From positions 50,840,001 through 50,904,000 of the forward strand of contig OX597824.1 in assembly GCA_951406725.2 (NCBI GenBank): 64,000 nucleotides of DNA, given 5' to 3'. This stretch comes from Octopus vulgaris. Lineage: Eukaryota. Shown in pieces: positions 12,201-25,319 of the stretch. Under the pieces are notes generated by a model. It had not been told where the DNA came from and did not search any database. It saw only the letters and a list, made by a program, of their open reading frames with translations. The position numbers and the translations under genes are program-made. Positions within the stretch are counted from its first letter, which is position 1; each line of letters begins with the position of its first letter.

Positions 12201-12412
12201 ATTAATTATTTGTATATGCATGAGACGGTAAAGATATCTTGTTCCAGCACTCTTTTCATTGGATGATCATATCTCCAATGGTAAAGACTATGGAAGCCTA
12301 GACTTTAAAAGCTTCCAATACAACGTAGAACTTGGCTGAGATAAGTTTCAGCTTATTTTCTGCTCTTAACAAATTTTATAATCTCTCTCTCCCTCTTCCT
12401 CTCTCCCGCACC

Positions 12413-12448
<36 letters not shown>

Positions 12449-12684
12449 CCCTATCTCTCTCTTACACACACACACACCTATACACACAAAGTCGTACACA
12501 TATGAATACACATAAAAGGTGCACTAAAACATGTAAGAGAAGAGTAAGCATAGAAGCAAAAACAACAATGTGATGTGAACAAAATCGCCACAAACATACA
12601 CACACATATATATATATATATGAAGATTTACTGTTCCTTGATAGAAAGATGAGGGAAAAGGTACTCTAGTGAGAGATAAATATT

Positions 12685-13120
12685 ATTCATTTAAAGGATA
12701 CAATGCATCTCTTTAAGTGCTACTGATATTTTGAGAAATATCTCAAGCATATTCACCAGGTACAAAACACATGATAACGAACTAAAAGAAATTGAATAAG
12801 AGAAGAAATGCGAAAAAAACTGAGAAGTCAGCATATAGAAAACGCAGAAGGTTATAAAACAGAAAACGAAAATTGGAAAAGGAAAAAGAAAAAACTAAAA
12901 TGTAAAATGTAAAAATGGTAAAAGAGTTATTCTCCTTAGACCTTAAATTATAAAGCTGAAAAGATGTCAGATTTTTCTCGTTTCTTCCCTCATTCAGTTT
13001 TTTTTCTAATTTTTAGTTCGTTACGACATGTGGTTTGTGCCTGATGAATATGCTAAATATATTTCTCAACGTATGAAATTATTACTAGCACTTAAAAACT
13101 TGTATTGTGTCCTTTAAATA
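12685..13120. repeat. Diverged inverted repeat of a pLTR-like sequence containing a hammerhead core
   Basis: 12685-12815 is approximately the reverse complement of 12975-13120. The right arm has GTGC-CTGATGA-ATATG..CGTAT-GAAA..CTA-GCAC (13037-13091). Confidence 0.65.
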
Positions 13121-14443
13121 ATATATATATGTGTAATAAAAATAGACGAATTGTTTCAAGAGTCTTTATTATATATATGTGTAATAAAAATAGACGAATT
13201 GTTTCAAGAGTCTTTATTGTGACGTAAGCGTAATACAGTAAAGTATATAATATGCACACTATCCATAAGATATCCACACTATCCATAATATGTTACCCAA
13301 CCTGAAATTCATCAGTCTAATCAAATAAACAAGCTAGCGGTGAAATGTTGATTAATCGACAGATCAAGTGAAATTTCTAATCAAAATTACCAACATCCGA
13401 GAAATGTAAAATGGGTGGGACTACAGTCTGTCAGTCACTGAAGGTAGATAGCAGAATGTTGTAAATTTACCTAACAGTTAAAGACATGTCTAGTTCAATG
13501 TCATTAAACTTAGCAACCTCGTTCTTTAAGGACGACAGAACATGCTTGTACAATGGCGCATAGCAGGCAGAAAGCACGACATTGGATTCTATGAAAGCAT
13601 GTTCAAACAGCAGCCGCCGAACCTATTCCAAAATAATAAATGAAATTAACTGTGTTATATTGTTTTCCAGTTAACTACATTAAAGATTGGGATAAGGTAG
13701 AAAATTCCAGCGTTACTTATTTACTCAATTGGTTAATCATGATAAAAGCACTCTAATTAATTAGTACAGAACTAATAGACCATTAGATTTAATTAGTGGA
13801 GATTCAGTTAATTATAACTGAAGGAGAATGACTTAAGGAAAGCTAGAAACTAGCGAAGTTACGTCAAAATCTTAGAGGAGGGGAAAGAAGAATAACGAGG
13901 AAAAATAGAATTGGAGCAGATTAAATAAAATAGACAGAGTGACCAACACATTGATAGGATGGCAGCATTCGTATAAAGAAATAATTCTGCATCTTAGACT
14001 AACGAAAGTAGTTTCGGCAATAATCGGTGTTAAATTGAAGATTCCAAATTTACAAATTTGTTTTGCGTCATTCGGTCTAGCCAATTTATGGTGTGCTTCC
14101 CATTCATATGCCTTGATTCTTTATGCACACGCGTGCATACGTACACGCACACACATATTTAACGCACACCGCAGGTGTATTTACCGGTACGCTGCGATCG
14201 GGTGTTAAAACATCTGAAAGTCATGAGCAAATATGTTTGGTGCTGTGTGCATGTGTGTGTGTGTGCGTGACTCCCTGTCTGAAAAATTTCTAATAGTCAA
14301 TATCTTACATGCTTTTCTAACACATGCACAGTTTTGTAACTGCCATTAACAAATGGACATGTGTAATAGTGATTAAATAATACCAAATGTTTTTTTCGAA
14401 TCACCCGTTTTAATATAAAATTGCTTTGTGTTGAACGTTATAA

Positions 14444-15680
14444 TTGCTGAATTCTATGTTGGGCATGCAAGCCCAGACTTATCCGAAAGCAGCAGGCAAA
14501 ATCATGTCTGCTGGTTCATTACAGTTAAAAGAAGTAATTACTGAAAAGGAAAGTCTGAGGAAATACTATGACAGCTTCAAAAAAGGAGAATGTCTGAGGA
14601 TTACACCACCTGAAGACGAAATTAAAGAAGAAAAAAAAACAATAACATACCGAACATGGAGTGTGGTCTCAAAAAGAATAGAAGTGGCTGAAGTGGAAGA
14701 GATTGAAAAGTGTTTACAAGAAATAAAAGAAAGAGCTACGTTCTACAATGGAGGTAGAAAATACGCAACAGTAGAAGTACACTTTGAAAATGAAGATGAT
14801 GCAAAAAGGAATGCAACAACAGCGTTGAGATCAGAAAAGTGGGTTTTACTTCCTAATTATTGCGGTAGAAGAGCGGCGAGGGTGCGAATAAACAAAATTC
14901 CACCGGAACTTGATACCGAAACAATAGTAGCTGCAATAATTTACAACTGCAAGAAGGATGTGAACATACTCAAGGTGGAAAGGTCGAATGAAATAAACTG
15001 GTGGGTTATGCGGTGGAAACCCTAATCCACATAACCATGCCAAATTTGTACAACATCCCGGAGGAGTTGGTGTTCCCCGATTAGACACGATTGAGAGTCG
15101 TGGTGGAAGGGAGACCTCCAGTGTGTTATAAATGTAAGAGCAGAGGGCACATGAAGGATGTGTGTCCTCAAAGAGAACAAGAGAAGACGATAACCCTGGA
15201 GGAAGGAATAAAAGCTTTGATAGAGGAGTTAGAAAGAGAGAATATAGAACTACAAGCGGAAGAAGAGATCACAACACCAGATAATATGAAGAGTGGCGAC
15301 GAGCTAGAAGGAGAAAGAAAAGGAGAGAACAGAAGAAAAAGAGGATAGAAAGCGAACACGCGTGGAATCACCACCCAAAGACCAAAAAAAGAAAAAAAAG
15401 TCTGCCGCCGAGACAGAGGATCGAACACACGATACGACAGTTTGCCCGGCGTTAAAGAGTAGGATGAATTACTCGTTTACATTACTGACGAATACCCCAG
15501 ATAGTATAACTGTAATTGTAAATGAAACTGCGAGCTTTGGGGGGTTCGTAAGCCATTTCATTTAATTCATTGTTAATATTTCATTTCATATCATCCTTTC
15601 TGTATTTTTGTTATATGTACTTCATGTCCTGTATTGTATTGTACCCTCTTCATTCAGGCCATTATGGCTATAATAAAGAT
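14444..15680 (+). mobile_element. L1/Tx1-like LINE ORF1 (gag-like, CCHC zinc knuckle), frameshifted, no ORF2, followed by a 3' UTR with AATAAA
   Basis: 15091..15348 RVVVEGRPPVCYKCKSRGHMKDVCP (CX2CX4HX4C). 14444..15025 has RRM-like ORF1 motifs (VEVHFENEDDA; RVRINKIPPEL). AATAAA near 15672. Confidence 0.72.
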
Positions 15681-15681
15681 T

Positions 15682-15764
15682 CCAGCTAGCGAGACTTACT
15701 ACCCAGGACTGATGACGAGCAATACACTCAGAAACATATATCTTCAGGTGCTAGTCCCAGCTGG
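15682..15764 (+). ncRNA. Type I hammerhead ribozyme-like motif with extended stem I
   Basis: CCAGGA-CTGATGA-cGAG-caataca-CTCa-GAAAC-ATAT-aTC-TTCAGG. Stem I extends via GAGACT/AGTCCC and CCAGCT/AGCTGG. Two core-adjacent mismatches. Confidence 0.6.
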
Positions 15765-15916
15765 CGGGGGTGATTGCCTCCCCTTTGCAAATATAAGGAC
15801 ACAGAAAATGTGTCAAAGCCGATAGGAAACGTCGACGTTTCCTAGGGCTAAATGGCGGTGGTGTAATTCCCTTACGGAAATGTCACGTTGAGTTGACAGT
15901 ATACAACCACTATATG

Positions 15917-15948
<32 letters not shown>

Positions 15949-16664
15949 ATAAATGTATTACATATCCTCATCATAAAATAGACAGTTATCTAACGACAGC
16001 AAAGCAAGATTATTAAGTATTGTTTAAAATAGGTAGAAACAATAAACCTTCAATGTTTTGTGGAACTGCATTATTCTAAGGATGAATTCTGTGTTTCTTG
16101 TGTACTTTTAAGTGAAGAGACAAAAGACATACTTTTATGGTTTAAGCACCGCGTAGATTTCAGACATAGTCTTAAAACCATTTCAGAAAATATTGCTTCA
16201 ATTCTGCGCGAATATACAATTCTGTGCTGACATTAATTTTGTTTTTTAATGTCATTTCTAGGTAATAAACACTATGTGTGTATGTGTGTTTTTTGTTAGT
16301 GAGTGTGTGTGTGTCTGAGTATGTGCATGTGTGTGCCTCTCAGTGTATGCATATGTAATATGTAAGAATAAATAATTATATATATATGTATGTATATACA
16401 CACACATACATTTATGCATACATACATATATACATACACACATTCATACATACATAGATACATACATACATACATACATACATACATACATACATACATA
16501 CATACATACATACAATCATGCATACATACATATATACACACCTTTGTATATACATTTGTGTATATGTACATTCATTCCTTAATCCTTTCAGTCTTGATTT
16601 AATAAGCGATACCCGGACTAAAATTCAGAAGACGATCTTTTGCATGCGGCGGTGTTTACCACAG

Positions 16665-16769
<105 letters not shown>

Positions 16770-17983
16770 TGTTTGAGGTTAGAAGATAAACTGAAAGGTA
16801 TAGAGCCGTAAAAGGATGATGTCGGGTGGGACATTCACGCAACCACATCATTTCGTGTTCCGTCCCATTGCCCAGCACCTCAGAGAAGTGTCTTCTATAA
16901 CCCCGCGCCAACCAATGCTTTCAAAGTTGATTTAGTTGGCGGAAACTGTCCTATATATAAACCATACATACATACATACATACATACATACATACATACA
17001 TACATGCATACATGCATACATACATAAATACACACACACATAGATACATGCATAAGCACATACACTCATAGATACATATATATTTATAAAGGAATTTAAT
17101 TCGTAATTCTGATGTGTCTGATTAGGTATATGACATTTCTATGAAGCCTCAAAAATCAATAGTTGCATATATTACTGCATGGTATAGAAAACTGATGACC
17201 TGAAAGTCTGATGAAACAATTGTAAATGAATGTGGTAAAATGACATTTCATTCTCGTTGTTTGTAATTGTAAAACTCTACGAATATTTGGGTATTTTCAG
17301 ACATGTGTTTGCTAAAATGAACAATCTCCGGATTACGGATTGTCTGATAGCCTGTACCAGTGGATGAACTTAATTGTGTAAACTCCAGGATAAATAACCG
17401 AATGAAATAATGAAATTGCTACATATATATATATATATATATATATATAAGTCAGCTGTCTATCTACGCCTTATTTCGAGCATTCAGACGACAATATGAG
17501 TTTTCAAAGACATTAGCTCCCATAAATTCTAAAATAAAATTTAGGATTTGTGAAGGGTCAAAGTTGGGAACAAAAAAAAATAATAACAATGGAGACAAAC
17601 AAGGAAACCGATCGAAAACAGACACGGAGGGTCGTTAGACCGGAAGGAAAGGCGAATAGTGAACACTGGGAGAGACATTTTTTTTTAAAGAGAAAGATAG
17701 AGGAAAGAGAATAAAACGTCCAGTCATTTAGACGTCCGAGCAGGAAAAGAAAGATAGTCACGTGAGGAAAAGAAAGATGGACAACGGTCACGTATGATCA
17801 GCGAGAGTGAGAAAGGGAACGAGGGGAGGGAGATAGACAGACAGAAAACGGTGAAGGAGGGGGGAAGAAAGGGAATTAGAGAAGGATGGAGGAAGGAAAG
17901 CAAAGACAAGAGGAGGAAAACAGTACAGAGTAGTGAGGCGCACAAAAAGTTAAATTTACTTGGGAATACATACATACATACAT

Positions 17984-18043
<60 letters not shown>

Positions 18044-18127
18044 GTGTGTGTGCATGCATATATAAATCTATATATATGTATATGTACACACACACACGTA
18101 TGTGTGTGTCTATACGTATGTACATAT

Positions 18128-18186
<59 letters not shown>

Positions 18187-18542
18187 AATGCGTCTTCCTG
18201 CTTTTCCTTGCCTATCCTATCGCTTGAAAACCGCTACTGGTTTGTTTATGTACTCTACTTAGCGGTTAAACCAAAACATCCCTATGAAATATGTAGTTGA
18301 CATGAAAATAAGTACAATGGTCGATTTGCACTAAACTTGTGAGGGCAGCGCTCCACAATGGCCGTACCCCAATAAATGAAGCCGCTAAAGAGTAACAGAC
18401 CAGAATAAAAGAACGTATGTATTCTCTCAATCTTCCTCTCGCCTTATGTATGTGTGTGTATGCATGTGTATAGGTAGATAGATAAATAGATGGATTCATA
18501 CATACATACATACATACATACATACATACATACATACATACA

Positions 18543-18573
<31 letters not shown>

Positions 18574-18899
18574 GAGTGTGTTTATGTGATTATGTGCGCG
18601 CATATAAATGCTAGTTTTTATGAGCGCGTTTATATTCCTCGGTTTATATGAACCGCGAAGCAGTATATCACGATATGGTGCCGAACACCCAAACTCATCA
18701 GACGACAATTATCGCATGAGGGTTATGGTATACCGTGATGGAAGAACATTAACTGTTTTGACATTTACCCTGTCACTGAAAAACTAATATTTCTGCATTG
18801 GATTCAATACAGTTTATTTATCAGTATATTTTTACAAGTAGAACGAAAATAACTTAGCAGGACGAGCTGCAAAGTAAAAGCACGTATAGGAGAAGGCGG

Positions 18900-19385
18900 A
18901 ACTCTGTGTGTGAGAAGCTTGCTTCGCAATCATGTGGTCTTCGGTTCAGTCTCACTGTGCATTCAGTCTCATTGAGCAAGTATTCTCTACTACAGTCCCG
19001 GGTCGACCAAAGCCTGGTGAGTGAATATGGTAGACGGAAATGAAAAAAGCCAATCGTGTATATGTGTATGTGTGCATGTATGTATGTATGCATGCATGTA
19101 TGTATGTATGTATGTATGTATGTATGTATGTATGTATGTATGTATGTATGTATGTATGTATGTATGTATGTATGTATGTGTGTGTATGTATGTATGTAAG
19201 TATGTGAGTGTTTGTGTCGTGTTGGTGCCATCTTCCACCGCTTGAAAGCAGTGTTAGTTTTTTTGTGTTCTCGTTTATTTGGTTGTTCGACAAAACGGGA
19301 CCAGTAGTATAAGAACCAGACTTAAAAACTAGTATGGTTACCGTCCAATGACTGAAACAAGTAAAAGATTAAAGATAAAGATAAA
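18900..19385 (+). mobile_element. SINE family A with expanded internal (TATG)n
   Basis: A/B-box head at 18900-18960, GGTAGACGGAAA motif, and GACTGAAACAAGTAAAAGA tail. Confidence 0.75.
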
Positions 19386-19824
19386 AAGATACAACATGCA
19401 GTAAAATATACAACGGTAAAAATATATATCCTACAGCCGCATTCTGGCGACCATTTAGCAGCGTATCTGTGGAGTAATACTTTGTCAGCGTTACACACAA
19501 TAATGCATATATACAGCTATCTTATAATGGCAAAAAAGGCCACGATTACATTGTGACACAAACATTTGTACATCCATATTGATCATTCCAATAAACGATA
19601 ATGAGGATGGAGTTCAGCCCTGTGACAGCTCAAGGTGTTAAACTGTTCCTGGTACTTGTACTGTGAAATTGGAAAGTCTTTCTTTGGCTTGAGAGTTGCC
19701 ACATATGAAGTTTAGTACTTCCATAGCCATGACTTCACTAGCCATGACTGTTAAAAGTACAGTAGAAGACCATATTACGATCCAGTAGTCGTACATGCTG
19801 ATTAGATTCTGTTTTCATTAGTTA

Positions 19825-20040
19825 ATATTGGTTTCAAATTTTGGCATAAGGCCAGCAATTTCAGGAGAGGGCTAAGTCGATTGCATATGCTCAAACTGGT
19901 ACTTATTTTATCGATCCCAAAAGAATGTGAGGCAAGGTCAACATCGACAGAATTTTGAACACTGACCATAAAGACGAGCGAAATGCCGCTAAGCATTTTG
20001 TCCGGCCTACTAACGTTTCAGCCAGCTCACCGCCTTATTC
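19825..20040 (-). mobile_element. tRNA-derived SINE, family B (Meta-domain-like core)
   Basis: Consensus GGCGGYGAGCTGGCAGAA...GTTCAAATTC...GACTTTGCCTTTCATCCTTTCGGGGTCGATAAAATAAGTACCAG. Other copies near 24300, 24655, 34400, 39290, 40240-41110, 53610, 55445 and 57690. Confidence 0.78.
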
Positions 20041-20529
20041 CATTAGCTAATATTGATTTTTAAAGTATATTATGATAGATATACATTTAATTAAGATTTA
20101 TCAGCATTGACGTTGTGAATAAAATAATGTTTCAAAATTACGGGGTTTTTTTTATGAGATTTCCTGAATTTTATGTGAAAGGAAATAGTTACTGAAGCTA
20201 GAGGAAATGGGATTTTTCCCACATTAGAGTTCCTTTGAACTGAGTGGGAGAAGACATCGGGCAGGCGTAACTGTTGGCTTTAAAAACCGCTGGTTCGACA
20301 CGGACATGGGCAGATCTTGTTGGGTGACATGACGCCAAAATATGTTCAACGTTTGAATTCTAAACCAATGATTGCCTTTCTATCAAGATATTTCGATGTA
20401 TTCCTGAATCAGTTACACACACACACACACGGACACGGACATACGGACACGGACACACGGACACACGGACACACGGACACACACATACACATACACACAC
20501 AATCACACACAATGTCACACACACACAAT

Positions 20530-21340
20530 GGTGTTCGGGATACATTTGACGATTTTCATGTTTCCCTTTTTTTCAGAAACTGCATGACGTATTAGTGATC
20601 AGTCAACGGCGTTGGAGAGTATAATGGTTAAAGTTGTAGTTGAAAAAATGTCTACTGACATGGTGGACTAGAAGCCCTCTGAATATTGAAAGTGATTATC
20701 ATGATAATTCACGCTGGATATCAAAATGCTGACATCATAACTGTTGCGCAATGATCTGTGAATATTGTAAAGGCTGTACGATGTGACACCGACAGTTGCA
20801 GCGGAGAGCACGAAGCTGTGACCAACAGAATGGGATACAGTAGGCTTCCTGACTGAGTCCAGAAACCGAAAATCATCTCCACACCTTTGAACAGTTTCTT
20901 AGGCTCAATTCAGGTGGATACGTGAAGCTGCTAGAGACCGTCGTCAAACTCTGGCTGGAGAGGATTGCTACTGGAAGGCCATATATGTGGTAGTAGGATT
21001 CCGCTCCTTGTCATATCTCCAGAAAGCGTCAAAAACGGTTCTCAGAGGATTTCTTCGGTTTCATCTGCCCAACGTATGGTTTCCGATAGTAACTCCATGG
21101 ATTCCTATGCGTAGAGTACGGTAGAAAAAGAGACGAACTGCTCTGATTGCAGCACCACGGTCGAGCTGATGGCCAAGATCAAGGTGGTGTTCGAATATCT
21201 TCCCAGGGACACAGTGAGGAACGCATGCAACAGGTTCTGGAACCGTCTTCGAGCCGTGGTGGAAGGTGAAGGCGGCTACTTTGAGTAAACAGTTACCTAC
21301 CAGCCATAAAATAGTTGCTATTATTTTTATCTTTTAAAAA
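20530..21340 (+). mobile_element. Degraded Tc1/mariner (maT/DD37D-like) transposon remnant
   Basis: Hand translation 20950-21287: WLERIATGRPYMW..DSAPCHISRK...NSMDSYA..VEKETN...VRNACNRFWNRLRAVVEGEGGYFE. Confidence 0.72.
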
Positions 21341-21671
21341 TACTTTCATCCTTCGATGAAATATTGTTTTCTTTTCCTTTTATGCAAACTGTACACATAC
21401 GCACACAAACAGACAGACACACACATACCGACGCACACGCTGACATACATACACACACATACAGACTCATACATATTTATGCGCTTGCACACACAGACAG
21501 ACATGCACGTGCACATTACTCACTATTTCCCTTTATCCTGCATAGGCAGAATATGGTGGCATAGAAAGAATTCTTTCTATGCAACATACTCTGAACAAGG
21601 CTTTCTAACATAAAAAGTTTGATTTATTTCAGTTCTTTTACTTCTGTTATATTGTACATAACGTGTTGTGC

Positions 21672-21720
<49 letters not shown>

Positions 21721-22281
21721 TCTCTCTCTATTTTATCGTGTTCCTTTCTGTTGAAGAGCGTAGGCTCGAAACGTAAAAGACTTTCTCATCTTCCCGAGCA
21801 TTAAACTAATACACCTGTTTGTTGTTTATACACCTAACTTCGTAATTTGCTTTTTTGTAAATTCCAACTAAATATATATATATATACATGTGTGTGTGTG
21901 TGTGTTGTCATAGACTGGCGTTTTAGTTCGCCTCCAGTTCGATTCAGGTACGTGATGTTGGTAAGTCACAAAAATGCGAAATATCCATATCCATTGCTCC
22001 TGGATGAAACTGGAGGCAAGTTGTCTCGTCTTGTCTCGCCTTTCTATGACTTCCAGGTGTTCTAACACCCAGTGCTATGATGGAGTCGTCTCCCACCCCA
22101 CCCTAAAGCACTAAGCAACAGCGAACAAGCAAAACACATTGAGTATGTGCGGTCGATAATATTATACTACTAGCGCTGCTTGCTTTTAATTCGCAATTGA
22201 ATGTACATGTACAAACACACATACATACATACATACATACATACATACATACATACATACATACATGCATGCATACATACA

Positions 22282-22346
<65 letters not shown>

Positions 22347-22858
22347 TCGTTCATTTGTGCAATCTACTGAATTACTTGCATCTGTTCAACGTTAAGATAT
22401 GCGTACTTATATTGTATTCCCTGGCAAGTAACAAAAATAAATAAATAAAATAAAACAAAAAAGCTGTATGTTTTTGAACAACAAAGACGAATAGGAGACA
22501 AATCATCTCCGCTTGAAATTGTCTTCGCTTCTAAAGAGAATAGAACAATCGTCTTGTGGCAGCTGGAATCAACTGCAAATAAGAATAGTAAATTTCAAGT
22601 TTGGAAAGTTGATATGCCATTAAGAGAAAAGACAGTTTGATTGTGTGGAGACAAGAGGACAGCTGTTGACATGGGTTTCTACCTCAATAGGCATCATCCG
22701 CACAGCAGTGGTCCTACACATATGCACACACACAAATTAGTTTTGTAATATGGAGGACAATGAAGAACAACTCCTGGAACTTTTGTGAAGTCTAACGTTC
22801 GATCTGTAGCTTTCATTAATATTAGTAATTATATTTGTTGTTACTAAAAAAAAAATGT

Positions 22859-23101
22859 CAGTTCTTTTTCGTTAGTAATAACAATAACACTTTCCTACAA
22901 GATCTCAAAATAATGGATATGGAAGTGTAATCGATTAAGTAAACTCGTCAAAGTTACCAAAGAGCGCTAGTAGAAATACCACACAAGATAGTTTGTTTGA
23001 GTGCCTTAATGATTCTAAATCCACCGTTCTCATAAGAATAACAATGATGTTAGTAATCGATGCAGACCACGAAATAATATCCTGAAGAGAGAAAATGTGT
23101 G

Positions 23102-23132
<31 letters not shown>

Positions 23133-24300
23133 GATAATGTACCGAAAAAATAGATTAAAAAAACGGGAAAAAAATGAAGACTCGGAAAGAAAAAACTAGT
23201 AGAGATAATAACAACGAGAGAAAGGGAGAAAAGAAAAACAAAGGCAAAACGGAAAGGGAAAGGATATAAGAGAAAGATAACCAGAAAAACAAAAGACAGA
23301 AAGTTAGTAAACGGATATTTAGAAAAAGTAAAAAAAATGAATCACGAGTATGTTAGCACATTATTACCTCCTCCTCCTCCTCCTCCTCTACCTCCTCCCA
23401 ACGCGTTGATTCACTCCAGTACAGATGGTCTTTACAACAATCAATTGACTAATTAAATAGTGACCCATCCCACACTCACCTTTTATTCTTTCTTTCAATC
23501 GACGACGATTGCGAACCGATCAGCAAATTTGACCTTGATTTATGCTTCATTTCTCCCTTGGGTCTTCACATTAAACATCATCCTTCTCTCCTGTCTCTCT
23601 CCTCCCATCCATTTCACCTTCAGCCCCTCTCCTTTCTGTTTCCATCCCTTTCTCATTTTTTCGCTCTCCCACTCTCTCTCTTATTGATGCTGCCTGAGTA
23701 GATGATAGTTAATTCTCACTATACGTAACAGCAAAGAATTCACTGAACTGATAACAGTGGATCTTAGCAAACTATTGAGGAACACCCGTATAGGGATATG
23801 ATGTGCTAAAAGTAGCAATTGAATCTTCCTTAAAATCCGTCCCATCCCAACAACCTTAAGAAAAAGAAAGAAAGTTTGGATAATTTTCAGCTAAATACAC
23901 TGCTTCAAAAACAAAAGGGAGCGACCTGATGCGAAATACCAACAATAGTACTAATTTCTTATCTTATCGTCCAACGAAATAACCCAACGTTTCATTTTGT
24001 TACAATGTGTTGAATATAATTTATTATTTCAACACAAGCCTGAAGAAAGGCCTTAACCGAGACTTTGCTGCTCCAACAAATATTTTTATTGATCCATTCT
24101 TTTCCAGAATATTTTCTCGTGTTTTTTCATTAGCACTATCTCCAATCACCTTCAGTTAATATTTCTGAGCTTGTGTGTGGTATTTCTACTAGCGCTCTTT
24201 GGTAACTTTGACGAGTTTACTTAATCGATTACACTTCCATATCCATTATTTTGAGATCTTGTAGGAAAGTGTTATTGTTATTACTAACGAAAAAGAACTG
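22859..24300. repeat. 127-bp perfect inverted repeat with 1.19-kb spacer
   Basis: 22859-22985 is the exact reverse complement of 24174-24300. Confidence 0.93.
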
Positions 24301-24654
24301 GCATTTCGTCCGTCTACATTCTGAGTTCAAATTCAGCCGTGGTCGACTTTGCTTTTCATCATTTCGGGGTCGATGAAATAAGTACCAGTTGAACCAGTTG
24401 AACACTGAGGTCAATATAATTGTCTTACCTAGCACCCTGAAATTTTTGGCCTTGTGTCTAAATTGGAAATCACTATTTCTGAACTAAGCTAGAAGACGAT
24501 TGGACAAATAGTGATTAAGACATCACGGAAACACATCAATACTGATACATCTATTTTCTGGAAACTTTGGTTCTTAAAGTTTTTCTGAGTTATTGATGTC
24601 TCCAAACCAAAGGTGGTCACCTTGATTAACACACTCTCAATTAATCAAATATAA

Positions 24655-24855
24655 AAGGCCAGCAATTTTAGAGGAGGGCGTTATTTGATTGCATCAATCC
24701 CAGTAATCAACTAGTATTTTATTTTATCGATCCCGAAAGAATGAAAGGCAAAGTCAACCTGGATGGAATTTGAACTCAGAACGTTAAGACAGACGAAATA
24801 TTACTAAGTTTATGCTGTCAAGCGTGCTAACGATTCTACCAGCTCGCCACCTTAC
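24655..24855 (-). mobile_element. SINE family B
   Basis: Similar to 19825-20040; an opposite-orientation copy lies at 24300-24475. Confidence 0.75.
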
Positions 24856-25319
24856 GTTAGTATAAATAACATTTTCTACTATAGGCACAAGACCTGAAAT
24901 TTGGGAGAGGGGTCGGCTAGTCGATTACATCTTGGATCTGTCAAAGACCTAAGCTCATCATTAGACCATAAATTATGCCTCTTTTCATGGCGTGACAGGG
25001 AACGAGAGTAAAATTATCTCCACCACTGAATGGGACACCAGTCTGTTGCAAGGTTAACTTCAACTGGTGTTGGTACTCCCTTTCGACTGAGTGGATTGTA
25101 GTGGTTTGTTCACTCACAGAGCGTGTATATATGTATGTATGTGTGCATGTATGTATGTATGTATGTATGTATGTATGTATGTATGTATGTATGTATGTAT
25201 GCATGTATGTATGTATGCATGCATGTATGTATGTATACATGTATGCATGTATGTATGTATGCATGCATGCATGTATGTATGTATGTTTGTATGTATGCAT
25301 GCATGTATGTATGTATTTA

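Noticed and set aside
17190-17228. CTGATGA...GAAACAATTGTA hammerhead-like string
   Set aside because: Stem III is plausible but stems I and II are absent.
21745-21785. TTGAAGAGCGTAGGCTCGAAACGTA hammerhead-like string
   Set aside because: U3-G8 core, 1-bp stem II and no adjacent stem I; at most a relic.
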